From: Heterodontus francisci
Lineage: Eukaryota
Length of the DNA stretch: 64,000 nt
NCBI RefSeq assembly: GCF_036365525.1
Contig: NC_090412.1
Location: forward strand, 11,698,123 to 11,762,122
Direction: 5' to 3'
A program made the position numbers and the translations under genes. The notes below the pieces were generated by a model. It made no database searches and was not told the origin of the DNA. It saw nothing but the letters and a program-made list of their open reading frames with translations. This document shows, one piece after another, positions 40,701 to 52,700 of the stretch. The stretch's first letter is position 1. Each line of letters begins with the position of its first letter.

Positions 40701-43700
40701 TTTATAGGGAAGAAACGCACCCACAATGAAACTTTCTCGATAGATCATTTAATGTTACACATATGAGCCCTGCCTCCAATACCTGCATGGTTTTGTCATA
40801 CCAGCGATTTGCACTATTTTTCTGGCAGCCGCCTCCGTGCATTATCTGCAGTGCCAGGTTTATATCTGTCTGTTCAACACCACTTGGGGCATCTAAACAC
40901 AACAGAAATATGCAGCGTTCAATCGCATCCAGAGAGTCTCGGTTAGTAGAATCTGCAACGAGAAAGTCCGAAACTCATTAACTAAGTTAACAGATTTTCA
41001 GATACCCATTGTAAGTAATGCCAGATGGAGCACAATATGGCTGGAGGCATGTACAGTGCAGTTCAGCACAAATAATAGATTGTTAAACTAATACTTCCAA
41101 AAAGATTCACAATACACCTGCCAATTATCAGGTAAAACACAGATCAGATAGTTGTAGAGAAACCTTATGAACATCCTACGATGTTTAGGCCAATTATATT
41201 ACACAGATTCTGTTGATGCAAAATGATTTTGCCAAACTATTTAGTGTAAATTTTGTGATGTGACTCAATGTAAATTTAGTTGTTGGTGTTAGGCCAACTT
41301 GGGGAGACATTCATTGAATACTGCCTTACTTTACAACAACAACAATATAACTGCCACTAATGGAAAGCAAAATGTAAATGAATTCTGAGATGGTTTGAAT
41401 CATTTTAGTGTCACCAGAGACCACTCAGCTATCATATTGAGTCCTTGTTAGGAATAGTATTTAATTGGCATATGGAAGTGGATAGTTCCTTCCACCCACC
41501 TAGAGAGTGGTACACAGCTGGCAGTATAGCTAAGGTTTGCATTGCTTTCAGTAGGTACTGGTCTCAAAGCAGTGTCTGTAGTATAACAATTCCTATAAAC
41601 AATCCAGACAATAGATGAAAGAAATTGAAGCAGTAGCTTTGTTATAGATAGACATCTTTTTAATAGAAAATGTAATCATTGCAGGTTATAGTTATCCCTG
41701 CACTGTTAATCTAAGACACATCGGCAGAACACCCATACTCTCAAAAGGTAAAAAAAAATTGCTTCAGTACATGAAGTGCATAAAAGAAATAATGGATCTT
41801 CTGAGCATTTTTAAAATTAGACTTGACACTGCACTGGAGTTATACTCCATGTAATATTAAACTCAATATGTTTGATTTACTCTCCCCAAGGGAACTTACA
41901 CGCAGCACTCATGAGTCAGAGTGAGACATGACTCCAGAACTATATTGTCACATTCATGCTCTACAATACAGACGCTGATTTGCAGCCATGCAAAAGTGAC
42001 TGTATAACTGCACCCACAGATACATCGAATATTGTCCTCTATTACAGATATTTGACAATGGTGCATGACACTTTGGGTTCTGTGTTCAACTTCTGAAGCA
42101 AACAGAATTTATTGCACGTATAACGATTGGGCCATTGCAACCTACTGTAGAACACTGTGCAGATAAATATTTGAATATCTGCATAAACAAATTTCTCGCC
42201 ATAAATAGCAACTCATATTTACCCTCTCCCAAGAAGTTCAGATCCATTTGCAAGATATGAAAGATAATACAGCGTATCTACTGACATAGGCCTGAATTAA
42301 CACATCTCATATAGGCTGTAAATGATTGTCATAACCATAAATAACATTTTTCTTTTTCATTATGCATTATTCTGTTTGAAATGTGGAGTAAAAATATGTT
42401 TAATACCACATGTTCGTTCATTAAACCATTTTTCACATTTATTATGTATAGCTGCTCAAAGTTGATTAGATCTGATAATTCGAGAAGATTGTGCTCTTTA
42501 TATAAAGGCAATAGGTTGCATGAAGTACGAGCAATAGAAGGAAAAAATGAGCTGAACAAAGTACTTATTCAGTTTAATGTACCACAGGCAATATTGAAAT
42601 ATGAACATTTCTTTACTAATGCATGTAAACATTGTCATGTATTATATCTGTGGATGAAACCAATGTATTTGTACTCAATATTAACTTTTGAAAACAGTGT
42701 GTCAAGCCCAGTAAAGACATATCATATTCCTAACTTTGAAGATATGAACTTTATTTATTGTGGACTCCATGAAATTGACTTTTCCTTTAAAGAAAGTGGA
42801 CAATGTGCTGCAAAGATGGCCACCGATGGTCAGGTGACATAGACTGTGAATTCAAAAACTGCCTCACTGTCTCAAAAGGACAAAAGGATACATTCCAGAT
42901 TAAGAGGTGTTAACTACATCCATCCTGAAACCATCAAGAGACATTCCTGAACTGAATGGGTTCTTCTGGGACAAAGAAGGTGTGAAGAAGCCACATCATA
43001 ACAGAATGATACCCATCCAGACATCAATAGATAACCATGGATTCCACATCCTGGTCATACGAACATACTAACATACAAATTAGGAGCAGGAGTAGGGTAC
43101 TCGGCCCCTCGAGTCTGCTCCGCCATTCAACAAGATCATGGCTGATCTGATTGTAATCTCAATTCCACATTCCCGCCTATCCCCGATAACCCCCTTCACC
43201 CCCTTGCTTATCAAGATTTTATCTACCTCTGCCTTAAAAATATCCAAAGTCTCTGCTTCCACTGCCTTCTGAGGAACAGAGTTCTAAAGACTCACAACCC
43301 TCTGAGAGAAAAAAAATTCTCCTCTTCTCTTTCTTAAATGGATGGCCCCTTATTTTTAAACAGTGCCCCCTAGTTCTAGATTCTGCCACAAGAGGAAATA
43401 TCTTTTCCACATCCACCCTGTCACAATCCATCAGGATGTTATATGTTTCAATTAAGTCCCCTCTTACTCTTCTAAACTTCAACGGATACAAGCCTAGCCT
43501 GTCCAACATTTCCTCACAAGACAACCCGCCCATTCCAGGTATTAGTGTGGTCATACCAGGGGAGAAGGCCATGTGTCAAACTAACAGAAAAGCTAATGAT
43601 GGATTTTGACCTTAAAAGGTATCCCTCCGGAGAGGGAGGAGAGATTACAACAACATCACAGAAAGCAGTCCAACAAGAGGCTATGGAAAAAGATCCAGCC

Positions 43701-46700
43701 AAAACAAGGAAGAAGCCCTGCTGCTAATTCTGTACTTCAACCTGCTGTAGCAGAGAACTGAAAGTGACCACCATTTCCAGTCTGAAGTCTTAACCACCAG
43801 AAATCTACAGCACCTCAACATGTTCAAGACTACAAACAACCCAGGCCTGCACCTTTAAAAGAGACTGTCCTCTTCATAAGATTCAACAGATTTACAATGA
43901 ACCACAAACACGTACCCCACTTTAAACCATTTACCCTTTCCCTCGCTATCTATTGTGTAGGCGTGTGTGAGTGTGAATGTGTGCGTGAGTGAAGTTGTGA
44001 CCATTTCAGGAATTGTATAATAATAGTTATCTTTTTTTAACCTATGAGAAAACTTGTCATTTGTCTGTTTATTTGACCCGAAAAAGCATTCAGGGACTAA
44101 CCCATCATTTTAATTGGGGTCAGTTGGGAGGTGAACAGTGGGAGCCACCCACACCCCTTACCAACTGTCCGTAATAAGTGGAAGAAGATCTCCTTTGATC
44201 AATGGTCAGGAACATTGTAAACCTAGCGGGAAGTTTTCTTGTTTTCTGTTTCTAGTGAAATAAGAAAACAAGTCCAAAAGAACAACTTTGTTAGAAATAG
44301 GAAACACAGTAAAATTTGCCACTGTATTTACAATGTCACAAACACATTGTAAACAGGACATTGTCCCCTAAAATGTAGATTTCCGACATTCTGATGAAAG
44401 GTCACAGACCTGAAATGTTAACTCTGCTTCTCTCTCCACAGATGCTGCCTGACCTGCTGAGTATTTCTAGCACTTTCTATTTTTTTATTGCAGATTTCTG
44501 ACACAATTTGTTAAAAAAGCATTGACTTTAGTCAGATGTATTTTCCACCTGTTATAGAGTAACACAGTTATACAGCACAGAAACAGGCCCTTCGGCCCAT
44601 TGTGTCTGTCCCGGTCGTCAAGCACCTAACTATTCTTATCCCATTTCCCAGCATTTGGCCCATAGCCTTGTATCCTATGGCATTTCAAGTGCTCATCAAA
44701 ATACTTATTAAATGTTATGAGGGTTCTTGCCTTTACCACCTCTTCAGGCAGTGCGTTCCAGATTCCTCACATCCCCTCTAAACCTCCTGCTCCTTACCTT
44801 AAATCTATGCCCCCTGATTATTGACCCCTCCGCTAAGGGAAAAAGTCTCTTCCTATCTAATCTATCAATGCCCCTCATAATTTTGTATACCTCAATCATG
44901 TCCCCCCTCAGCCTTCTCTGCTCTAAGGAAAACAACCCTAGCCTTTTCAGTCTCTCTTCATAGCTGAAATGCTCCAGCCCAGGCAACATCCTGGTGAATC
45001 TCCTTCACACCCTCTCCAGTGCAATCACGTCCTTCCTCTAGTGTGGTGCCCAGAACTGTACACAGTACTCCAGCTGTGGCCTAACTAGTGTTTTATACAG
45101 CTCCATCATAACCTCCCTTCTCTCATATTCTATGCCTCAGCTAATAAAGGCAGTATCCCATATGCCTTCCTAACCACCTTAGCTACCTGTGTTACTGCCT
45201 TCAGTGATCAATGGACAAGTACACCAAGGTCCCTCTGACCCTCCGTACTTCCTAGGGCCCTACCATCCTTTGTATATTCCCTTGCCTTGTTAGTCCTCCC
45301 AAAATGCATCACCTCACATGTTTCAGGATTAAATTCCATTTGCCACTGCTCCACCCATCTTACCAGTCCATCTATATCATCCTGTAATCTAAGGCTTTCC
45401 TCCTTACTATTTACCACACCACCAATTTTCATGTCATCTGTGAACTTACTGATCATGCCTCCTAATTCACGTCTAAATCATTAATGTACACTACAAATAG
45501 CAAATGTCCCTGCACCAATCCCTATGGTACACCACTGGCTTCCACTCGCAGAAACAACCCTCAACCATCACCCTCTGCCTCCTGCCACTAAGCCAATTTT
45601 AGATCCAATTTGCCAAATTGCCCTGGATCCCAAGGGCTCTTACTTTTTTGACCAATCTCCCATGCAGGACTTTATCAAAAGCCTTACTGAAGTCCATGTA
45701 GACTAATCAACTGCTTTACCCTCATCGACACATCTCGTCACCTCCTTGAAAAATTCAATCAAATTAGTTAGACACGATCTCCCCCTGACAAAGCCATGCT
45801 GACTATTCCTGATTAATTCATGCCTCTCCAAGTGGAGATTAATCCTGTCCCTCAGAATTTTTTCCAGTAGTTTCCCTACCACTGATGTTAGACTGTAATT
45901 ACCTGGTTTATCCCTGCTACTGTTCTTAAATAATGGTACCACATTCGCTGTCCTCCAATCCTCTGGTACCTCTCCTGTGGCCAGAGTGGATTTGAAAATT
46001 TGTGTCAGAGCCCCTGCTATCTCCTCCCTTGCCTCACAATACAGCCTGGGATACATATCATCTGGGCCTGGGGATTTATCCACTTTTAAGCCCGCTAAAA
46101 CAGCTAATACTTCCTCCCTTTCAATGCTAATATGTTCAAGTATATCACAATCCCCCTCCCTGATCGCTACACCCATATCGTCCTTCTCCCTAGTGAACAC
46201 AGATGAAAAGTAATCATTTACAACCTCACCTATGCCCTCCGGCTCCACACATAGATTGCCACTTTGGTCTCTAATGGGCCCTACTCTTTCCCTGGTTATC
46301 CTCTTGCCCTTAACATACTTATAAAACGCCTTGGGATTTTCCTTTATCTTGCCTGCCAGTGTTTTTTCATGTCCCCTCTTCACTCTCCTAATTACTTTTT
46401 TAAGTTCCCTCCTACACTTTCTATACTCTTCTAGTGCCTCCGCTGTTTTCAGCACTCTGAATCTGCTGTAAGCCTCCTTTTTTTCCCTTATCCAACCCTC
46501 TATGTTCCTTGACATCCAGGGTTCCCTGGACTTGTTAGTCCTTCCCTTCACCTTAACGGGTACATGTTGGCTCTGAACTCTCACTATTTCCTCTTTGAAT
46601 GACTCCCACTGGTCTGATGTAGACTTTCCTACAAGTAGCTGCTCTCAGTCCACTTTAGCCAGTGTGTTGTAACTCACCTGCTAACTCAAATATTCTTTGT

Positions 46701-49700
46701 GATTTGTTTTGAATTTTACAGTTGGATCAAATCAATTACTTGTAGGTCCATGTGTATTAATTATCTCAATTATTAACACCATCACTGATTATTGTTTATG
46801 CTGCTTTTTAATGAAATGCAATGCTAATGAATATAACTATACATTAGTGACTTCATCATGCATAGTACTGGTAAGAGTGCTGCTCAGTGGGCTGAATTTT
46901 GCCAGCCCCTCGACATTGAAAGTCGTGGCACGGAGGCCCATAAAATACTTGCGGGAGCGGCCCGCCACGACCCCCAACTCCGAGAAGGCCCCGTTGCATT
47001 TTACTGGCGGCGGCGAGGCCTCAGTGCAGCCGCCTGCCGTTTGGTGGCTGGGGCCTTCATTTAAATATTAAAATTAATTAAAACAACATGCAAATCAAAT
47101 TACCTTGTCCCAGCAGCCATCCCTCACTGATATTACAGCTGCCAAACGGAAGTCCCTCTGTCTGGAGTTCTGAGGCGCGACACTGGTGGGGAGGGTGGAG
47201 GAGTGAAAATTTCAGGGCGGTGGGGGAGAGGGGAGAACTATTGTAATGGGTTTTGGGGATGGTGGAAAGGGGTTGAGGGTCAAAGGTTCTGAAGTTAGGG
47301 GGAAAAGTTCACAAAATGAAAAGGTGCTTTTTTTGGGGGGATATGTCACTGTAATACATGAGGACTCAGTGGGGGTTGTGATTTGTTTTGAATTTTACAG
47401 TTGGATCAAATGGAGCCCTCTCCATTTAAATGAGCCCCTGCGCAAAATCCGGCATGCTCGTAAAATTCAGCCCCGCATGTCTAATTATGTTAAAGGTCAA
47501 TTGTGTGTGAATAATATGATAGTGCACATCAAGAGTGAACTTAGCAATGTTTGAAGGTATAAGTAATGCAATTTATCCTGTTAACTTTAACCAGGTTTTC
47601 AACAGGGACCCTGGTTTAAGGTGACTGAATAAATTCTATGGGATTCCAGGACTTTTTCCAATTTTTTGAAGAATGCATTCCACCATTTTCCTGTTTTTTT
47701 TATGGTCTTTAATTGTCAATAGCATACTCTGTCAAGAATGTTATTCACCTCATTATTATGCAGAATATTTCGATCACATGCCTATACATAGAGAGTGGAT
47801 AGTGTAAGGTTCTGTCTACCATATTACAACGATCAAAGTACACTCTGAGAATTAATGGGCTGAATTCTATAAACCCGGTGCCTCATTTAAATGGCGTAGG
47901 CACTGACCCCATTTTTAAAGGGCTGTTAACCCTACAGGCAAATTTAAATATTTAAAGGAAGATTAAATGAAATTAAATAAATATATATGCCCCTCTCCCG
48001 CCCACCAATAACAATTAAATTAATTATTTGCCCTCCCCCCCCCCCCAAAACACGTACCTTTACCATCTGACCTTCACCACTCCCGCCCCCAAACTGCACA
48101 AACTTTAAACTTTCACCTTTCCCACCATCCCCTACATTACTTTGACCCTGCTCGCACCCCTACCCCCGCACTGAGAAACGTACCTCCTCCCCGCTCCCCA
48201 CCAGTGTTCCACCTCATTTCTCCAGAAGGGGATCCGAAGGTGCGGTAATGCCAGCCACTGGGGTGAAGATCTCGACGGGACTTCAGGAGGCGACAGAATA
48301 GTAATTAATGCAGGTATTTTAATTTATTTAAATATTTAAATTGTGGTTCCGTTGCCGAGCGGCAGGGAGGGCCACCACGAGACCTCTCAGCTGTCAGCAA
48401 TATTGAGCTGGGCCCTGCCAGCATTGAGGTGTGTGGCATGCCTCATCCCGGACCATCTTCAGACCACCCCACCTTCCACGGATCCTGGCGTTGAGGGCTG
48501 TATAGAATCCAGCCCAATAGGTTTGGTGCATGCAACACCAAAATCCAATTCCCTTCCAAGACAAAATACAGCAGTTTCCTAATTCAACTATTAGATATAG
48601 GTAAAATAAAAGCAAAATACTGCGGATGCTGGAAATCTGAAATAAAAACAAGAAATGCTGGAACCACTCAGCAGGTCTGCCAGCATCTGTGGAAAGAGAA
48701 GCAGAGTTAACGTTTCGGGTCAGTGACCCTTCTTCGGAACTGACAAATATTAGAAAAGTCACAGGTTATAGGCAAGTGAGGTGGGGGTGGGGCAAGAGAT
48801 AACAAAGGAGGTCTAGATTGGACCAGGTCACATAGCTGACCAAAAGGTCACGGAGCAAAGGCAAACAATATGTTAATGGTGTGTTGAAAGACAAAGCATT
48901 AGTACAGATTAGGTATTAATATACTGAATATTGAACAGAGGCAAGTGCAAACATGAAAAAAACAGTGGGTAAGCAAACTGAACAGACTAAGATGAAATGA
49001 AATAAATGCAAAAAAAAAAATTGTAAAAAATGTAAAAAAGAATGTTGAAAAAAAGGAAGAAAAAATGACTAAAAATGAAAGTAAAATGGGGGGCTGTCAT
49101 GCTCTGAAATTATTGAACTCAATGTTCAGTCCGGCAGGCTGTAGTGTGCCTAATCGGTTAGATATAGGTACATGGTCTTTGGCATGAGTCTATTGTACCC
49201 ATGATGTGGAACAACCTTTAAAAAAGAGAGGAAAGTCCAGTCATTTCAGGGTACTTTTTTCTGATCTTGGTAAGTAGCCAAAGACAAAAAAAAAGCTGCC
49301 AATCTCGAGAGACCATTGGCAGTCCTCAAATTACCTCAGGACCTAATTTCATGATTAGATGTTTTGCCCTAAAGAGACACAGTCCCACCTTAACAATGGA
49401 ATAGTGGGCAACGTGGTATAATTATATATGAGTCATACATGGTGTACTGCTTCTGTCATTATAGGTGAGTTTGTCTTCAACTTTCATGGGCAATGCCAAG
49501 GGAACTTTATTAATGTTTGGACAAATAAAATATATCCTTGAAGTAAAATAATGGTAGCTATGAATATATTGGAAAGCTTTCCATAGTTTTGAAGATGTAG
49601 GAATTTGAAGATGTAAGAATTAATGAAATTAGTGAAATTAAGCCCAGGCTTCTATCCTTAATAAATAGATAAAACTTGTACTTATATGAGAGAATCTATT

Positions 49701-52700
49701 CTAATTTCAGAGAAAAGCATTCTAATCTTCCCTGTGATGGTAATGTGTTGGCAGTGCCTACATAGTGTCTCACAATAAGATCAAATGCAAGGCCAGAAGC
49801 GATTCTTAAGGGCAAATTATATTAAAATGCCTTGGTATAGATTTGTGATCTGATATGAATATGATGTAGGGAGTTCAGTAACATCCATGACTACCATCCA
49901 CGCATTCTGTTCACCAGATAAATCAATATGTGGTTTTGATTGGAGGGGTTGTCATTTTAGTTAAACCTTCATTAATTTTCCCATCAGCAACAGCATCTTA
50001 AATGAGTAATAAAGTGAGGGCAAACTGGAGCACCCAACTGTAATTCTATTTGGGGAGTTTATATCTGGTGGAATTAAAATGAACTGGAAACAATGGCATT
50101 CTGAGCTCGTATTTGAATTGTTGTGGAATATGTCCTAGGAAATAAATACAACGCTGATCATACTGTTTGCATTTAAGGCAAATCTACCTTCACCCAAAAC
50201 ATTTGCCTAGCTGGTTTTGTGTCATTAAATGAGGTAATGAGAATACTTTGACAGCTTGCACCTCACCTCTCATGACCATTCTCCTGGCCTCCGCCCATTC
50301 GGTCCTGCTATCTGATGTGAGCAGCCCAATCGGTGTTACTCCGTCTTCCTCATTCTCTGCCATTTTCACTATCTTTCTCAACTGAGTGAATAAGTCGGTT
50401 TCGTTCAAACGTCTGAAGTTTATGACAACATCCAAAACGAAGAACTGGAAACAAATGGAAACGAAGCTAATGTTTGGAGTAAAATGTTGAAAGGTGTGGA
50501 TTACATTTTTAAAGACCCCTTTAAATCGTGGGTCTGGATTACTTGGTGGGGCGGGGGGGGGATGCTATTATTAATGCAATTGAAAAAGTAAATGTATAAC
50601 CATCTGGAGAGGTAAGTTGCCCGATATTTATGATCTTTGAGCTCATTTGCCCACTCTAAATAAGGTCACCCTGGCATCAATTGTTAAATGCCTTGCATCT
50701 AGCTATTCTTTATCCCCGGTAGAAATTGAAGCATCACCTGATTCTGACAGGCCACTATAACGTGCTCTGGTTCCGGCATGACACTGCTTTTCTGGACAGC
50801 CAGTGTGTCTTTCTGGTGACCTGGCAGACGGTAGGATGAGAAGAGCCTGTAGTACTGCTCCATACACAAGGGATGTCCAGCAAGTTGACCACGGGCATAA
50901 TCAACAGGTAATGCACGGCTGGAAAACAGGTGTGAAAGTAAATGTTTGTTTCAGCGTAATACCCCAGCTTCCCCCTTACTCATGCCCCTACAATCTCCAT
51001 GTCAGCTGTTGTTTAATTTAGGATTCTGCCAGGGCAAAAATTTTCTGATTGTGTAACGGCAGAAATCTGGATTTTTCCTCTGCTTAAATTGGTAAAAGAT
51101 CTGAAAAATCTATTTATAAATGTTAATATTTTGGGAGCCACGATACGATTTTTGACTATAAGCCAATAAGTGGGCTAATAAAAACAAGAAATGCTGGAAA
51201 TACTCAGCAGGTCTGGCAGCATCTGTGGAGAGAGAAACAGAGTTAACGTTTCAGGTCAGTGACCTTTCATCAGAACTATCACTGACCTGAAATATTAACT
51301 CTGCTTCTCTCTCCACAGATGCTGCCAGACCTGCTGAGTATTTCCAGCACTTCCTGTTTTTATTTCAGATTTCCAGCATCTTCAGTATTTTGCTTTTATT
51401 GCAATAAATGGGCTAGTTGGCTGTCAATAAACTACCAGGAGGATTGCGAATGTTCTGATCAAACAGTAGCCAGATATTGACCCTTCACTGTCATCAATTA
51501 AATCATTGACAAAAATTAAGACCAGCGCTGTCGGGCAGTGATCAAAGAGGTATGAGATAAGGTAACAAGCATCATGGGAGAATACTAACACTGGGAAGGG
51601 TGAAGGGTTATTTTGCAATTCTAAGAATTCTAGATGATCGAAATAGCACTTCTTTATTTCCTCTATCTCACTCATGTTACTATGGCCCCTGCTTCATCAA
51701 TCTTTGGTCCCTTTTAGTCTGCAAATCCTTACACGCCCAATGTGCTGACAGGAAAATTCAGGGCATTCTCTGCTATCCTATCTCATTCTTTTGCAACAAT
51801 TTAAAGCTATGGAACTCAATCATGCCCTCACCCCACAATCTCCAGACTTTACAAACGACCTCTAATCACTGTCTCCCCTTGTTCTTTCAGACCTTGACCG
51901 GACATTGTTCAAAGGCCTTGCTCTTGGTTTTCCAAGACAAGGAAACCTACATTTTATCTATTGTTCTCATTTAATATCCAACGTTATATGTGAACCATTT
52001 TTAAGGCATTTTGGACAAGGAACTTATTTTCACTGAATAGTCTTAGGTTTGCTGGAGAAACAATGGAAAAAAAGAAAAGCATAATCGCCCATGTTAACGA
52101 GGTAGGGGAATATTGTATTGAATGCTATGGTCAATTTTATTCATTGCTTGACATCTGAATGGTGATAACTTACGCGTCTATTACCACTTTGTAATCCAGT
52201 ATTCCAGAAATGAGGCGGGCAGCAAACCTGTAAAGGAAGATAAAATACTCGTAATGTTAGCACGACGGTGAGATTTCTCCAGTGCGGGCTAGCCCCACGC
52301 GAGGAAGAATGCTAAAACATCATTTCTTATCCAAGAGAGTTCCGCCTGACTGTGATTACAGAAGTAGAGTGCAGATTTCACTAGGTAACGCTGATACCTC
52401 GCAGCCTCAACACTGAAGAGCTGTCCAGGTTCGAACTAAATTAGTCTGTTATGAGCTAGTTCATGTTACAGCTACGACCTTAAATCTGCCAAGGTGTATA
52501 GAGGAGATTGTGAACTCGGTTTACATCTGCTGCATATCACTCTTGCATGAAATAACAGTGACAAGACATTTCCACCAGGTACTTTATCGCATATGCAAAG
52601 GCTATAGGGAAAGATATACAAAAATAATCTGCCTTTGGAACATGACCAGGAAATGGTCCCAAGTTAATATTTCTGAGCAGAGTTCACAATATCTCAACCT

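Noticed and set aside
38751-40782. Mutually exclusive alternative catalytic exon with canonical CEHSPF motif
   Set aside because: No second paralogous exon seen in the flanking introns on manual reading.
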